Of a DNA stretch of 64,000 bases, positions 40,399 through 52,274 are shown in pieces (position 1 is the stretch's first letter; the number at the start of each line of letters is the position of its first letter). The stretch is from an uncultured Gammaproteobacteria bacterium (GTDB lineage: Bacteria; Pseudomonadota; Gammaproteobacteria; CAWCPV01). Below the pieces are notes generated by a model. That model searched no databases and was not told the origin of the DNA. It saw only the letters and a list, made by a program, of their open reading frames with translations. The stretch is taken from assembly GCA_963797555.1 (NCBI GenBank), contig CAWCPV010000003.1, forward strand, positions 576,001 to 640,000, read 5' to 3'. The position numbers and the translations under genes were made by a program.

Positions 40399-41160
40399 AT
40401 GAAATACTTCGTCATCGACTCGACCGACGAGCGGCTCCATGCCGATGCCTTCCGCCAGGTCGTCAATGTTGCGGATGATCCGAGAGCGGCGGACGCCGTG
40501 GTCGTGTTCGGCGGCGACGGCGCGATGCTTCACTCCATCCAGCATTACATGGACTATGCCAAGCCCTTCATCGGGATCAACGCGGGCACCCGCGGATACC
40601 TCATGAACAATACCCCGGATGCGGACCACTTCCATCGGCGTCTGCCGGACGTCCGTTTTCAGGAGCTGTGGCTCCTCGAAGGCGTGGCCCTTACGGCCAG
40701 CCAGGAAGTCACGGTGCACGGGTTCAACGACATCTGGGTCGAGCGCAGCTCGCCGCAGACGTTGCGCATGCGGATCACAGTGGATGGCGCCCCGCAGCCC
40801 CCGTTGCTGGTCGGGGACGGCATCCTCTTCTGCACCCCGCAGGGGTCGACCGGCTATAACCTGGCGCTGGGCGGCAAACCGATCTGCCCCAGCGTCACGG
40901 TGATCCAGGTCACCCCAATGGCGTCCGTAATCGAAAAGTCACCCGCCAGCTCGCTCATCCTGTCGGGCGACGCGGTGGTCTCCGTGGACTTCGAGCAGCT
41001 CGAAAAACGCCCTTGCCGGCTGTTCTACGACGGCACCCACCGCTTCCAAGAGCCCGTGCGGCGCCTGACGGTGCGGCGCAGCGAGCGCACCGTGCGGCTG
41101 GGCTTTGTGGAAGAATATTCCTGCCTCAGCAAGGTGCTGCCGTGGCAACTCCACTACTGA
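40399..41160 (+). CDS. nadK: NAD(+) kinase
   Basis: GGDG, GINAGTRGYL, ND motif, GDGILFCTPQGSTGYNLALGG. Confidence 0.88.
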   Translation: MKYFVIDSTDERLHADAFRQVVNVADDPRAADAVVVFGGDGAMLHSIQHYMDYAKPFIGINAGTRGYLMNNTPDADHFHRRLPDVRFQELWLLEGVALTASQEVTVHGFNDIWVERSSPQTLRMRITVDGAPQPPLLVGDGILFCTPQGSTGYNLALGGKPICPSVTVIQVTPMASVIEKSPASSLILSGDAVVSVDFEQLEKRPCRLFYDGTHRFQEPVRRLTVRRSERTVRLGFVEEYSCLSKVLPWQLHY

Positions 41161-41349
41161 ATCAGCCCGACGAGCCGGACCGCTGCCGCGCAGGCGACCT
41201 TCGCGTTTCGCGGCACTATCGGTTACACTACGAGAGATTGCATATTGTCCAGGTCATTTCAGAAGTTCCTTCCCGGTAACCTCCTGTAAATTACCCTGTA
41301 TGATTTGCAATTGAACTCGACATCATAGACTTAACCAGAGGTGATTTAC

Positions 41350-41556
41350 ATGGCGACGGGTACCGTCAAGTGGTTCAACGAATCCAAGGGTTACGGCTTC
41401 ATCACCCCCTCCGACGGCAGTGCGGACGTCTTTGTGCACCACTCCGCGATTGTCGGTAGCGGCTTCAAGACCCTGGCCGAGGGTCAAACGGTCAGCTTCG
41501 AGGCCCAGATGGGGCCAAAGGGCCCGCAGGCGACCCGAGTCACGGCCCAGAAGTAA
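41350..41556 (+). CDS. Cold-shock protein (CspA family)
   Basis: [33 protein letters not shown]. Confidence 0.97.
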   Translation: MATGTVKWFNESKGYGFITPSDGSADVFVHHSAIVGSGFKTLAEGQTVSFEAQMGPKGPQATRVTAQK

Positions 41557-41581
41557 CTCTGGGATCGGTCTGCACCACACG

Positions 41582-41613
41582 GAGAACCCCGCAGCACGCT
41601 GCGGGGTTCTCTT
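41582..41613 (+). terminator. Hairpin terminator after csp
   Basis: gagaaccccgcagc-ac-gctgcggggttctc perfect stem; weak U-tract. Confidence 0.65.
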
Positions 41614-41665
41614 CCCCCTGCGCCGAATGGCGCTGAACCACCTCGACTCAGCGAGGATCCGCGAT

Positions 41666-41932
41666 TTGAAGAAAATGTTTGTCGGCAACTTGCCTCCCAG
41701 CGCCTCCGAAGAGACCGTGCGTGCCCTCTTCGCTCAATTCGGCACGGTTCGTTCGATACGCCTGGCCGCTGATGTGTTCACGGGTCAATGCCGGGGCTTC
41801 GGCTTCATCGAGATGGAAGGGCATGAAGCCAGGGCGGCCGTCGCGGCGCTCGACGGCAAGACTTTTGACGGCAAGTCGCTGCGCGTGCGCTTCGACGACC
41901 CCCGCAATCCCCGCGGGCGCAGACGCCGCTAG
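41666..41932 (+). CDS. RRM (RNP-1) RNA-binding protein
   Basis: KKMFVGNLP, RGFGFIEM, LDGKTFDGKSLRV; TTG start after GAGGA. Confidence 0.92.
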   Translation: MKKMFVGNLPPSASEETVRALFAQFGTVRSIRLAADVFTGQCRGFGFIEMEGHEARAAVAALDGKTFDGKSLRVRFDDPRNPRGRRRR

Positions 41933-42349
41933 CCACACGGGACCGGGCCGTCAGCGAGTCACGACACCCGCCCCTAGTCGCCCGGACGAGCACCTCTTCG
42001 CCGTACGCGCCCGTTCCGCCATGCCTCGTCGGCGTTTGCCGCAAGTCGCACGCGCGCAGAGCGTGAGCTAAGCCGCGGCGCCTCACGCCGTGGCACCAGT
42101 GCCTTTGGCGGTGGGCATACTACGGCGCCACTGGCGGGGCTGCGAAAGCCCAGCAGTTGGGCCTCAGACCATGGCATGCCGGAATCCTCGCAGGCGGGCT
42201 GTATGGCGGATGCCGTCTCAAGTTTCCACCAGCGCATGCAATTCGGCGTTCGTACGGCGCAACCGGATGGCGAGCACGCGCGCCAACGCGGAGAAAACGT
42301 GCAAGCCGAGCCGGGGCTCCGCTTGCGAGCACTCGTCGAAGGCGCGCCG

Positions 42350-42410
42350 CGAGACTTCATAACATCGACCGCCTGCGCCGCTTCGCCATCGGCCTCATCA
42401 AATCCTTTCC
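42350..42410 (+). pseudogene. Possible ISAs1-family transposase C-terminal scrap
   Basis: NIDRLRRFAIGLIKS resembles ISAs1 C-termini; very short. Confidence 0.35.
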
Positions 42411-42750
42411 TTGTCACCGCCGATCTTTCGATCGCATCTTCGACGGGTCCCCCCTTATCTTGCGCGTTTCGTGTTCGGCAGAGACCCAACATATTGCCCA
42501 CCAAGTCTTCGTCGCCTCTCTTGCAGGCCAGGCGCGGGCACCACCCCCAGTTCCACGCCGAAAGCCGCCGGACAGCGTGTACATGCCCTTCGGGCCTAGG
42601 TTAGAGCTTCCGGCATAGACGCCCATCAGGAATCCGGGGACCGGTTTCGGGATATGCGTGGCGGCGGGGAGCTTCCCCTCCCGCGCCTGGGCAGCGTGGC
42701 CGGACCCTGTGCTATGGTGCGCACCTGTTTGCCTGGGAGGTGGTTCGGCA

Positions 42751-44376
42751 ATGTTCGCGCGGGCCTACCGATGGCTGGACCGGAACATCCTCGAGCTGGC
42801 TCGGGAGATGCGCCTGTCCTATCTGCCGCCGCTCATGGTCTACCTGGCGGCGGGGGTCTCCGGCCTGACCGGCATCGTCGGGACGTTCTTCGTCAAGGAC
42901 TATCTGGGACTCTCGGCGGAGTTCCTGGCCGCCCTCGGCTTCTGGGCCGGCATCCCGTGGGTGCTGAAGATGCCCATGGGACACGTGGTCGACCTCATCT
43001 GGCGCTTCAAGTCGGCGCTCGTGTTCCTCGGCGCCGGGCTGATCGCCGTGAGCCTGCTCATCATGGTCGGCCTGCTCGGCTATACCGACCTGATGCGGCG
43101 GTTCGCCTCGGTCGAGGCCTGGTATGTGGCGAGCGCCATCCTGGCCCCCACCGGCTACGTCATCCAGGACGTGGTCGCCGACGCCATGACGGTGGAGGCG
43201 GTGCCGCGGGTGGATCGCGTAGGCCAGCCGTTCGACGCGGCAGCGCGGCGCCTCATGCACACCACCATGCAGACCCTGGGGCGGGTCGCGATCATCGTCG
43301 GCGGAGTCGCGGTCGCACTGCTCAACGTGTTCATGTTCAGCGGCGTGGAGCAGATCGGGGAGGCCCAGAAGGTGCGGATCTACCTGCAGATCTACGAGCT
43401 GGCGCTGGCCATCCCGGTGATCTCGGTGCTGGGGGTGGTGCTCGGGGATCTGCTCAAGGTACGCGACGCCCGCCGCCTGCGGCGCAAAGGCTTCGATGCG
43501 GGCCAGATCCGCGAGCTGCTCCAGGGGCATTGGGAGCGGCCGTCCGCGAACTGGTGGATCCTGGGGGGCAGCCTCGCCTTCGGCGTGTTCACGGTCTTCA
43601 TGGGCGTGACCGGGATCTTGTACAGCCAGGAGATCATCTTCGCAGGGTCCCTGGGAATCGTGCTGTTCCTGATGTCCCGGCTGGTTCGCGTGTTGGAGGT
43701 CGACGCGCGCCGGGTGCTGGTCGGAACGGCGGTCATCATCTTCGTGTTCCGGGCCATGCCCGGCCCCGGACCCGGGTCCACTTGGTGGATGATCGACCAG
43801 CTCGGCTTCGACCAGCGGTTCCTGTCGATCCTGTCCCTCATCGGGAGCGGCCTGACGCTGGCCGGGATGTTCATCTTCCGCCGCTTCATGGCGGAGCAAT
43901 CGATTGCCTACGTCGTGGCCTTCCTCACCCTGGTCGGCACGCTGCTCAGCCTGCCCGTCATCGGCATGTACTACGGTTTCGCCGACTGGACGGCCACCCA
44001 CACCGGCGGCGTGGTGGACGCGCGGTTCATCGCCCTGGTCGACACCGCCCTGGAGTCCCCCCTCGGCCAGATCGCCATGATCCCCATGCTGGCCTGGATC
44101 GCCAACTCCGCCCCGGCAAGCCTCAAGGCCACCTTCTTCGCGGTGATGGCCTCGTTCACCAACCTGGCGTTATCGCTCGGGCAGCTCGGCACCAAGTACC
44201 TGAACGCGATCTTCACGGTGAGCCGGGAGGTCAAGGACCACGTCACTGGCGCCGTGACGGTGCCGGCCGACTATAGCAAGCTCGGGGTGCTGCTGGTCAC
44301 CGCGACGGGCGTCGGACTGATCCTGCCGCTCGCGGCCATCCTGGTGGTGAAGGCGACCCGCCTGCGCAGTGCTTGA
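42751..44376 (+). CDS. BT1 family (folate/biopterin-like) MFS transporter
   Basis: PWVLKMPMG..VD, QDVVADAM.VE, AP...KATFFAVMASFTNL; multiple TMs; GGAGG RBS. Confidence 0.85.
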   Translation: MFARAYRWLDRNILELAREMRLSYLPPLMVYLAAGVSGLTGIVGTFFVKDYLGLSAEFLAALGFWAGIPWVLKMPMGHVVDLIWRFKSALVFLGAGLIAVSLLIMVGLLGYTDLMRRFASVEAWYVASAILAPTGYVIQDVVADAMTVEAVPRVDRVGQPFDAAARRLMHTTMQTLGRVAIIVGGVAVALLNVFMFSGVEQIGEAQKVRIYLQIYELALAIPVISVLGVVLGDLLKVRDARRLRRKGFDAGQIRELLQGHWERPSANWWILGGSLAFGVFTVFMGVTGILYSQEIIFAGSLGIVLFLMSRLVRVLEVDARRVLVGTAVIIFVFRAMPGPGPGSTWWMIDQLGFDQRFLSILSLIGSGLTLAGMFIFRRFMAEQSIAYVVAFLTLVGTLLSLPVIGMYYGFADWTATHTGGVVDARFIALVDTALESPLGQIAMIPMLAWIANSAPASLKATFFAVMASFTNLALSLGQLGTKYLNAIFTVSREVKDHVTGAVTVPADYSKLGVLLVTATGVGLILPLAAILVVKATRLRSA

Positions 44377-44775
44377 GCGAGGCGACCGGCCTCGGTGCGG
44401 CGGCACGGACGGGGCGGGTCTACGCCACCGCGGTGCCCGGGTTCGGCCCACGCGGTGTGGCGCCGGGAAGGGTCAACCGGATTCGACCCGAGTACAGTCG
44501 AGCGGAAGGTCCACGCAGTGGACCTACGTCGCCAGCGCGTCCGACCGGGTGCGCGCCGTGGGCGAACCGGGACGGCGGACCCGTCGCCCCGGCCTTCCTC
44601 TTCACGGCCCGGCGCGATGTAGCGCGGGAGGGTGCGGACCTGTGACCAGGCGAACCGTGAAGGTCCAAACAGCTATACTTTTGCCCGAGACTGCCCATCC
44701 ATGGCGGACCATAACCGCCGGGGCCGCAACCCGGTCCGCCGCGAGACCGCACCGTAACCCGTCGAGGACAGAGCC

Positions 44776-45456
44776 ATGCCGAGCATCTTCAAGCGCATCA
44801 ACGACATCATCGCCGCCAACATCAACGACCTGATCGACCGGGTCGAGGACCCGGAGCGCATGATCAAGCAGATCATCCGGGAGATGGAGGAGAACATTGG
44901 CCAAGCCAAGGAAGGGGTGATCGACGCCATCGCCAGCGAAAAGCAGCTCCAAAAGGAGGTCGAGGGGCACCGCCGCCACGCCGACGAATGGCAGGCCAAG
45001 GCGGAGGCGGCCTTGCGGGAGGGCAAGGAGGAGCTGGCCCGGTCTGCGCTGGCGCGCAAGAAGGAGCACGATCGGGTCCTGGCGAGCCTGGACCCCGCCT
45101 GGGAGTCCGCGATCAACACCAGCGCCAGCCTCAAGGCCCAGCTCCGCGCGCTGGAGGCCAAGCTGGAGGAGGCGAAGCGCAAACGCGGCACGCTGGTGGC
45201 GCGCCAGCGGGCCGCCGAGGCGCGCGAGCAGATGGAACGCATCGGCAGCCACTTCCAGACCGGTCTGGACGCGCAGAAGAACTTCATTCGCATGGAAGAC
45301 AAGGTGTCGGAGATGGAGGCCCGCACCGCGGCAATTCAGGAAGTCAACAGCGACCGCTCGGCGCTGGAGCGGAAGATCATGGCGATGGAGACGGACGCGG
45401 AGGTGGAGGCGGAGCTTGCCGAGCTGAAGAGCAAGCTACAGAACAAGAACGACTGA
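44776..45456 (+). CDS. pspA: PspA/IM30 family protein
   Basis: MPSIFKRINDIIAANINDLIDRVEDPERMIKQIIREME, GKEELARSAL, F.RMEDKV, VEAELAELK. Confidence 0.93.
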   Translation: MPSIFKRINDIIAANINDLIDRVEDPERMIKQIIREMEENIGQAKEGVIDAIASEKQLQKEVEGHRRHADEWQAKAEAALREGKEELARSALARKKEHDRVLASLDPAWESAINTSASLKAQLRALEAKLEEAKRKRGTLVARQRAAEAREQMERIGSHFQTGLDAQKNFIRMEDKVSEMEARTAAIQEVNSDRSALERKIMAMETDAEVEAELAELKSKLQNKND

Positions 45457-45597
45457 GAGCTTGTGAATAAATCTACTGCGCGTCCCGATAGCCGCGTTGC
45501 GCGGTGCTCGCTCCTCGCCTATCTACTTGATATGTCTCGTCACTGCGCTCCGTACGCCTTGCTCTCGGGCCGCTCGCGACGATTTCTTCACAAGCTC
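45457..45597. mobile_element. MITE, 141 bp, with TGA target duplication
   Basis: TIRs gagcttgtgaataaatc / gatttcttcacaagctc (16/17 match); tga on both sides (45454-56 is the pspA stop; 45598-600). Confidence 0.85.
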
Positions 45598-45667
45598 TGA
45601 GAGGCGGCGCGGCGCGCGCCGCGCGAGTGCACCGGCGGCGCCGGCCCGCGCTGCCAAAGGGGGCAGC

Positions 45668-48269
45668 ATGGGGTGGATAATCGCGTTCATCCTGGCGATC
45701 TCTGTTCGCCTCTAAGCGGGCAGAGCTGAAACGGCTCCGCTCCAAGGGGGGACGGCGCGAGGCGCACGGGCGCCCGGCGTCGACCACGGACACCGGAGAC
45801 GTGGCGGCGCTGCCTGGCGCCGATGACCTGATCATCCTGCGCCTGCAGCTCCGACGGATGGCCGACGCCGGGGAGCTGGATGAGGAGACGTACCGCCGGC
45901 TGTCCGAGCAGGTGGACGCCCAGTGGCGTGCAGTCTTGGAGGCGGCGCGCATCCAGCCTGACAGCACGGCCTGGCGAGAGCGCTGCCGTGCGGCGTGGCG
46001 CGTCCTGGCCGCCCACGGACACGTGCCCTTCGGGCCGTCGCCCTGGGAAGAGGCGTGGGGGACGGCACAGCTCGGGCTCGATCTCGAGCCGCCAGCAACC
46101 CCTCCGGTCCCCGTATCGGCGCCCTCGCCGGCCGCGACCGAGCCGCGTCCCATCGCCGCAGCGACTCCCGAGACGCCCGCGCGTGCATTCCCCGCCCCGG
46201 CTCGCGCGCCGGCAGCGCGCGTTGCGGCAAGACGGACCGAAGTCGTGCCCGAGACGGGTACCAGCCATGCCTGGAGGCCGGCCGAGCCAAGTCCGCTTGA
46301 AAAGGCGTTGCGCGCGGTTTCCGGCTGGCCCAGGGCGATCCTGCCCTTCCTGGCACAGAACATCGGCTGGTTCATCGGCGGCTTCCTGTTTCTCGCCGGC
46401 TCGGTGTTCCTGGTGGCCTACACCAGCGGCTTCATCAAGGGCCTGGTGGTATTCGCTGCGCTGTTCGCCTACACCACGTCCCTGCTCTGGGGAGGTTACC
46501 AGCTCCGCCTCAGGGAACCCGCGCTCCGGACCGGAAGTGCGACACTGATGACGTTGGGCCTGCTGCTGGTGCCGCTCAACCTGAGCGCGGTCGCGCGCCT
46601 GATAGTTGCGGGCGCCGGCTCGTTCTGGCTGGAGGCGGTCGGGCTGCTCACTGCCGCCCTGGCAGTGGGCGTTTTTCTCTTCGCGGCGCAGGTGGTAGCG
46701 GGCGTCACCGACCGGGCGCTGCAAGGCGCCCACCCCCGCGTGTTCCTGGGGCTCTCCTCGGTGCAGCTCGCCCTGCCCTTGCTGGATCGCTGGCCCGCCT
46801 GGCCCTTGCTCGCCGCGCTGCATCTCAGTCTGCTCGGACTGCTCGGGTACGGCTTGGTGAGCTACGCTCGCGATTGGATGCGCTCGATCTTCGTGGAGCG
46901 GCGCACCATCGCCTATTTCGCGGCCGGCACCCTGATCTACGCGGCGCTCATATCCTTCGTCCATCTGACGTGGGGGGCGGTGCCTCTCGCCCTCCCGGCG
47001 GGTTACTACGCACCTTACCTGATGACGGTATGCGGGCTGCTGTTCTATCTGGACGCCCAGTTCAAGGAATGGGTGCATCAGCACGCCTTCCTGTCGCGCT
47101 TCAGCTTCCTGATCTACGGCCTGTCGGTGCTGGCCGTAGCGCTTGCGCTCGACGCGCCGACGGCGCGTCTCATCACGCTGGTGCTCGCGGCAGCCGTTTA
47201 CGGCACGGTCGCCTGGCGCTACCTCACCCTGGTGCCCGTCTACCTGCTCCTCGCGAGCCTGGGCAGTCTCTATGGCCTGCTGATCCTGCAGCCGTTGCCG
47301 GCGGACCAGCACTTCCTCGGGAGCCTGCCCGGACTTGCCGGGATGCTCGCGCTAAGCCGCTGGGCGCAGGGGCTCGCCGCCAGGCGTCCGGGCGCCCGCG
47401 CCATCGCAGCCATGATCCACCGGGTGCTTTTCGGACTCGGCCTCGGCCTGGCCGCCTGGAGCCTCTACCATGCGCGTCCCGGCCTGCCGGCCATGACCAC
47501 GGCGCTGGTGCTGGCCGCGGCAGCCTGGTGGATGCTCGGGGCGGCACCGGCGCCGCTTCTCGGCCGCCTCGAAGGTGCGCAGCCGGAGTCGCAGACCCCG
47601 CCCGTGATGGCGGATCTGCGCAACGGACCCTGGCTGTACGCGGTCACTCTGGCGATGAGCGCGGCCGCTGCGTATGCCCCTCCCTGGATTCACCTGATGC
47701 CGGGGCTGCGCGTGGGCCTCGCCTTCGCCTTGCTGGCCTGGGTCTGGACTTGGCGGGCCGTGAACACGCGCCGCCGCGGACCGCAAGCCGCGCGGATCGA
47801 AGTGTACGCCAACAGCGCGTTGCTGAGCGTCGCCGTGGGCCTCGTCCTGGCGGTGCCGGTGCTTCCGCTGACGGGGACCTGGGCCGCGCTCCTCGCCCTG
47901 GTGCTGGCAGACACCGCCGGGGTGCTGGTGTGGCTGAGCCTGGGCCTGTACGTCCGCTGGCTCTTCTACGGCTTCCTGGTGCTGGCGGGCGGCGCCGCGG
48001 TGCTGATCAAGCTGGCGTTCTTTCCCGGACCGTCCACCGGCGCACCGGCGCTGATCGCGGGCCTCGCGGTCTGGGGCCTGCTGTGGTGGCTGGACCGCCA
48101 GCCGGACGCGCTGGAGGCCCTCAGGGCAGAAAAGCTGCCGCGGCCCCTTACGCTGCTCTGGGTATTGCCGGCGGCGGAGGGCTTCGGCGTGTCGGGCCAG
48201 CGCCGGCGAGGCCCCCTCGTCCCGAGGCCGCCCGGTCCTGTCACCCGCGAGGGATCCGGCGATGTATAA
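45668..48269 (+). CDS. Large polytopic membrane protein 1 (start likely 45668, frameshifted into ORF 45801-48269)
   Basis: MGWIIAFILAI joins LFASKRAELKR in the 45801 frame; Pro-rich linker, then PFLAQNIGWFIGGFLFLAGSVFLV and many TMs. Confidence 0.75.
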
Positions 48270-51200
48270 GTCCCTGCTGCGCCCGCCGCTGGGACAGACG
48301 TTGCTTCTGCTCTGGGTCGTCGGCCTCGTCCAGGTGACGCTGTGGCTAGTCCAGGCCCGCCCTCCTGCGGCGCTGACCGGCCCTGCGCTGCTCGGCGCCG
48401 CGCTCTCCGTCCTGATCTCGGCGCGGCTGCGCCGACCCCCGGTCCTGGTCGCCGCCGTCTTGCTCGGCCTGGTCGCGGTCTTCTCCATCGCAGGCCGGAT
48501 CGACAGTGCCGGGCCGGTCACCTGGGCGACGCTCACGGCCCTCTATGGGCTGGCGCTGTGGGGGCTCGTGGTGTCGACCCTGAGGCTGCGGGCGACCGAC
48601 CGGGTCGTGGCGCTGCTCGGCCTGAGCGGCGGCTACCCGCGGCCTGGGGGCCGGGTCGCGGTCGAATCCGTCACGCACTGGAGCAGCTTCACGCTCGCGG
48701 GTTTAGCCCTGGCAGGCTTCGCACTCGGGCACGGCGCGCGCGCGATACCGCCCGCGCCCCTGCCGGCGCTGGCCCTCAGCCTCGCGTTCCTGTGGCTCGC
48801 GGGGCGGCGTTACGGACTGCGGCTGCACAGCTATCTGTTGATTGGGCTGGGCCTGTGGGGCGTGCTCGGCGTCTACGCCGGGCTCAGCGCACCCGGCACC
48901 CGGCCCGCGGGGATCACCCCCGACGATTCGGGGCTGGGCTTCGTCCTCGCCTGTTACGGCCTCGCCGCTTGGGCCTTGGGCCAGCGCATCGCCGCCCGAG
49001 CGTCCGTGGCGGCGCTCAAGACGACTGCAGGCGACCTCTATTCTCGGCCGCTGCAAGTCTTTGCCGAGATCGTCGCCTGTTTGGCGGCAGCCCAGGCCGT
49101 GGTCACGGCGCTCGCGGGCGTGCTGGTTCCTCCAGGCTGGCCCGCGATGGCGGCCTGCGGCATGGCGGCGCTGACCCTGCTGCTGCCCGACCAGTCCCGC
49201 CCACACCCAGCGCTCACGCTCGTCGGGGTAGGCCTCGCGACGCTCACTCTGGCCTGGCTCTTCAGCGCAAGCATCCACCACACCCTGCCGTTCGGGCTTT
49301 GGCCGGGAGGTCCCGCGACCGGTGATGAGTGGCTCGTCCTAGCCCTGCTCGCCTTGGGGCTCGCCTCCTCCGCTCAGGTCCTCATGCGTCATCCGCGATG
49401 GGACCGGCTCTACGCACCTCCCCTCTGGATCGGGGCCGCCCTGACGTACGGCTGGACGCTGGCCGCAGCCCTAGCCATGCTGACGCACCAAGACACCGCT
49501 TATTTGGCGCCGGTGGCCGCAGTCCTGATCGCGGGGCTGTTTCCCCTGTTGCGACCGCTCGGCGAGATCGCGCCGAGCGTCCGGGGCGTCGGGCTGGCGC
49601 TCCTATCCACCCTGCTCGCCATGAGCCTGCTCGGCCCTTCGATGCTGGAGCGCTGGGGGGCGTTGGCCAGCGTAGTCTGGGCTTATGCGCTCTGGGCCAC
49701 GGGAAATCTCCTGCTGCCCCGCTTCAACGCGCGCTTTCCTCGGTCGGCCGCGGCTCCGGATGTCTGGCCGTGGCTCGGCTTGCTCTCGCTGGGCCTGGGC
49801 TTGGTCCTGACCGGACCCTCCGCGGCGCTGCGCTCGGGCTATGCCCTCGCGACCGCCGGCTATCTCTTTCTGATGCTGCGCAACAGCGCGTGGCCCGGCT
49901 TCCTCTGGGGAGCGGTGCTGGCACTGGCCTGGGTCGGCGTGGCGTTCAGCCTGGCGCGGCACCTCGACGGCATCTTCGCCTGGCGCCTGGATGCGGCGGG
50001 CGGCGCGGCGATCGAGATGCTGCTCTGGGCGAACGCGCTGCTCCTCGGGGTACCGCTCTGGCGACGCCATGGGAAGACACTCGCGGGGTGGGTCGGCTGG
50101 CGCAACTCCGCACTGCAGCCGCCGCTGGTCCCGGCGGCATTCGCTCTGTGCGGCCTCTGGCTCTTCCTGCTCGGGGTCTGGGACGTGGCGGTAATCCGGA
50201 CCCCCGAACTGGCACCGGCGGAAGCATCCGCCATGGTGATCGGAATACTGCTGTCACTCTCTCTGCTCCACGGCCTGCTCTGGTGGCGCTCGGAAGCCGC
50301 CGCCCAACTGCTGCTCCTGGGAGTGCTCTGCACCGTGCTGGCGGCGTGGGGGACGTGGCAGCCATTTCACCTGCCCCTGCTCCTCGCGCTCTGGGCGGCC
50401 GCATTGCTCGTCGCGGCTGCCGCCTTCCCCGCAACCGCAACGGGGCTCAGGGGCCTGCTCGGCCAGGCGCTCGAGCCCTGGTATGGGACGAGCCCGCTGG
50501 CAGCTTTGGCAGCTCTGGTGCTCGCACCGGGGATTCTCGCTCCCCGAGCGTCTGCTGACCGTGGCGGTGCTGTCGGGAACGGCGGCCCGCCTCGGCTGGC
50601 GCCGCCGGGACCGCGCGTGGCTTTACGGTGCGGCGCTGCTGGTTTTGGTCCTGCTGCACGGCGTGTGGTTCATCTGGATCCCGGTCGGCCAAGCCCTGGC
50701 GCTGCTCCCCTGGGTCTCCCTGGAGCTGGCTTTGCTCACCTGGGCCGTGCGTTGGCTCGTCTCACGCCTGCGGCGCGACCTGGGCGCGCGCGGAGAGGCG
50801 CTCACTCTCGTCGCCCGGACCCTCGCGCAGGTCACCCCATGGGTGGCGGGCCTGGCAGTCGCGGAGTGGGTCGTGCACCTCGGGAGCTTCGCATATACCT
50901 TGGGGGAGCGCTCGGGGGGACAAGGGCTGGTCGGGGTCTGGGACAGCATCGCGTCCCTGCTCGCCGTCGCTCTGCTGACGACCCTCGGTATCGCGGAAGC
51001 ACGGCGCCGGGGGCACGTCGGCTGGGTTTACGGCATCGCGCTTCTGGCAGGCCTCGGACTGGTGTACGTCCGCCTACTCTGGGCGGGGCTCGCGCCGCTC
51101 AGCGTGTGGGACACAGCGGCGATCATGGCTGCGGCATACGCTTTGTTCATACTGCAGCGCCTCACCCTGTCGGGGCCGATACTGCATCTGGCGATGTTGC

Positions 51201-51835
51201 TGCCGCTGCTCGCACTCTTCACGGTGCCGCTGCAGCTTGGTTCGGGCCATGCCGGTCTCACCTTGCTGTCGGCAGGGACCCTCTACCTGCTGACGCGCCG
51301 CGCCACCGGGATGCGCACGCCGCTCTACCTCGGCCTGCTGGCACTCAACGCAGCGATTTACCTCTGGATCCCGGACTTGGCTCGGCGATATGGGCTGCTC
51401 CAGGTTTATCTGGTCCCGGCAACAGTGAGCGTCCTGGTCCTGCTCCATCTGCACCGCCGCGAGATCAAACCCAGCGTGTTGAACGGCGCACGCCTCGCCG
51501 CTCTCAGCACGCTATATGCCGCCGCCACGCTGGACGTTTTCCTGCGCCAGGAGCTGGCGGTCTTCGTGCTGGCGCTCGGATTGAGCTTGACCAGCATCGC
51601 GGTGGGCATCGGAACGCGCACCCGCGCCTTCCTCTATGTGGGCGTCGCGTTCCTCGTCCTCAACGTGCTCGGGCAACTGATCCAACTCTACCCGGAACAG
51701 CGCCTGGGGCGGGCGCTGGCGCTCATGGCTCTGGGTGCCGCGATCACCGCTCTCATGGTCTGGTTCAGCATGAAACGGGAAGCCGTGCTGCAGCGCATCC
51801 GCGTGTTTCGCGCGGATCTCGAAAGCTGGAACTGA
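48262..51835 (+). CDS. Large polytopic membrane protein 2 (frameshift at ~50540)
   Basis: Hydrophobic frame 48262-~50540 continues in 50483-51835; C-terminus GIGTRTRAFLYVGVAFL..KRE..LESWN, as recalled for DUF2157-type proteins. Confidence 0.75.
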
Positions 51836-51852
51836 GAGCTTATGAATAAATC
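51836..51852 (+). repeat. Solo MITE terminal repeat directly after a stop codon
   Basis: tga-gagcttatgaataaatc versus tga-gagcttgtgaataaatc at 45454. Confidence 0.7.
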
Positions 51853-52274
51853 GCCACTCTGCCCCCCCTGGGTGGACAAACAAATGGCGAAAACCTACCT
51901 CATGCCGGTAGAGACTCGCGACTCGGCCTTACGGTGCCGGCCCGAACACCGCGATGTTGTTGGCCTCGTTCGTCTACGGCACCACATTCGATAACGTACG
52001 TGCCGGAGGCAGTAAGCCCGGCGGGCAGGCTGACCGTGAGCTTCACCCGCGTGCTTCGCCCGTAAGCCAAACCGTGAGATGCTCGTGCCTCTCCCGCCGC
52101 GCGGGAATACCGGCGTGCCTTCCGCCGCAGCGGGGACAGCCCGTAAGCTGTGGGCCGTAACCCGATGGTGGTTCCGCCGACTGCCGGGATGCGGCAGATC
52201 GCCCCTGCGGGCACCCGCGTACGCGGGCTTTCTTCGTCATGGTCGGTCACAACGATGATCCGGTTGGATTACTT

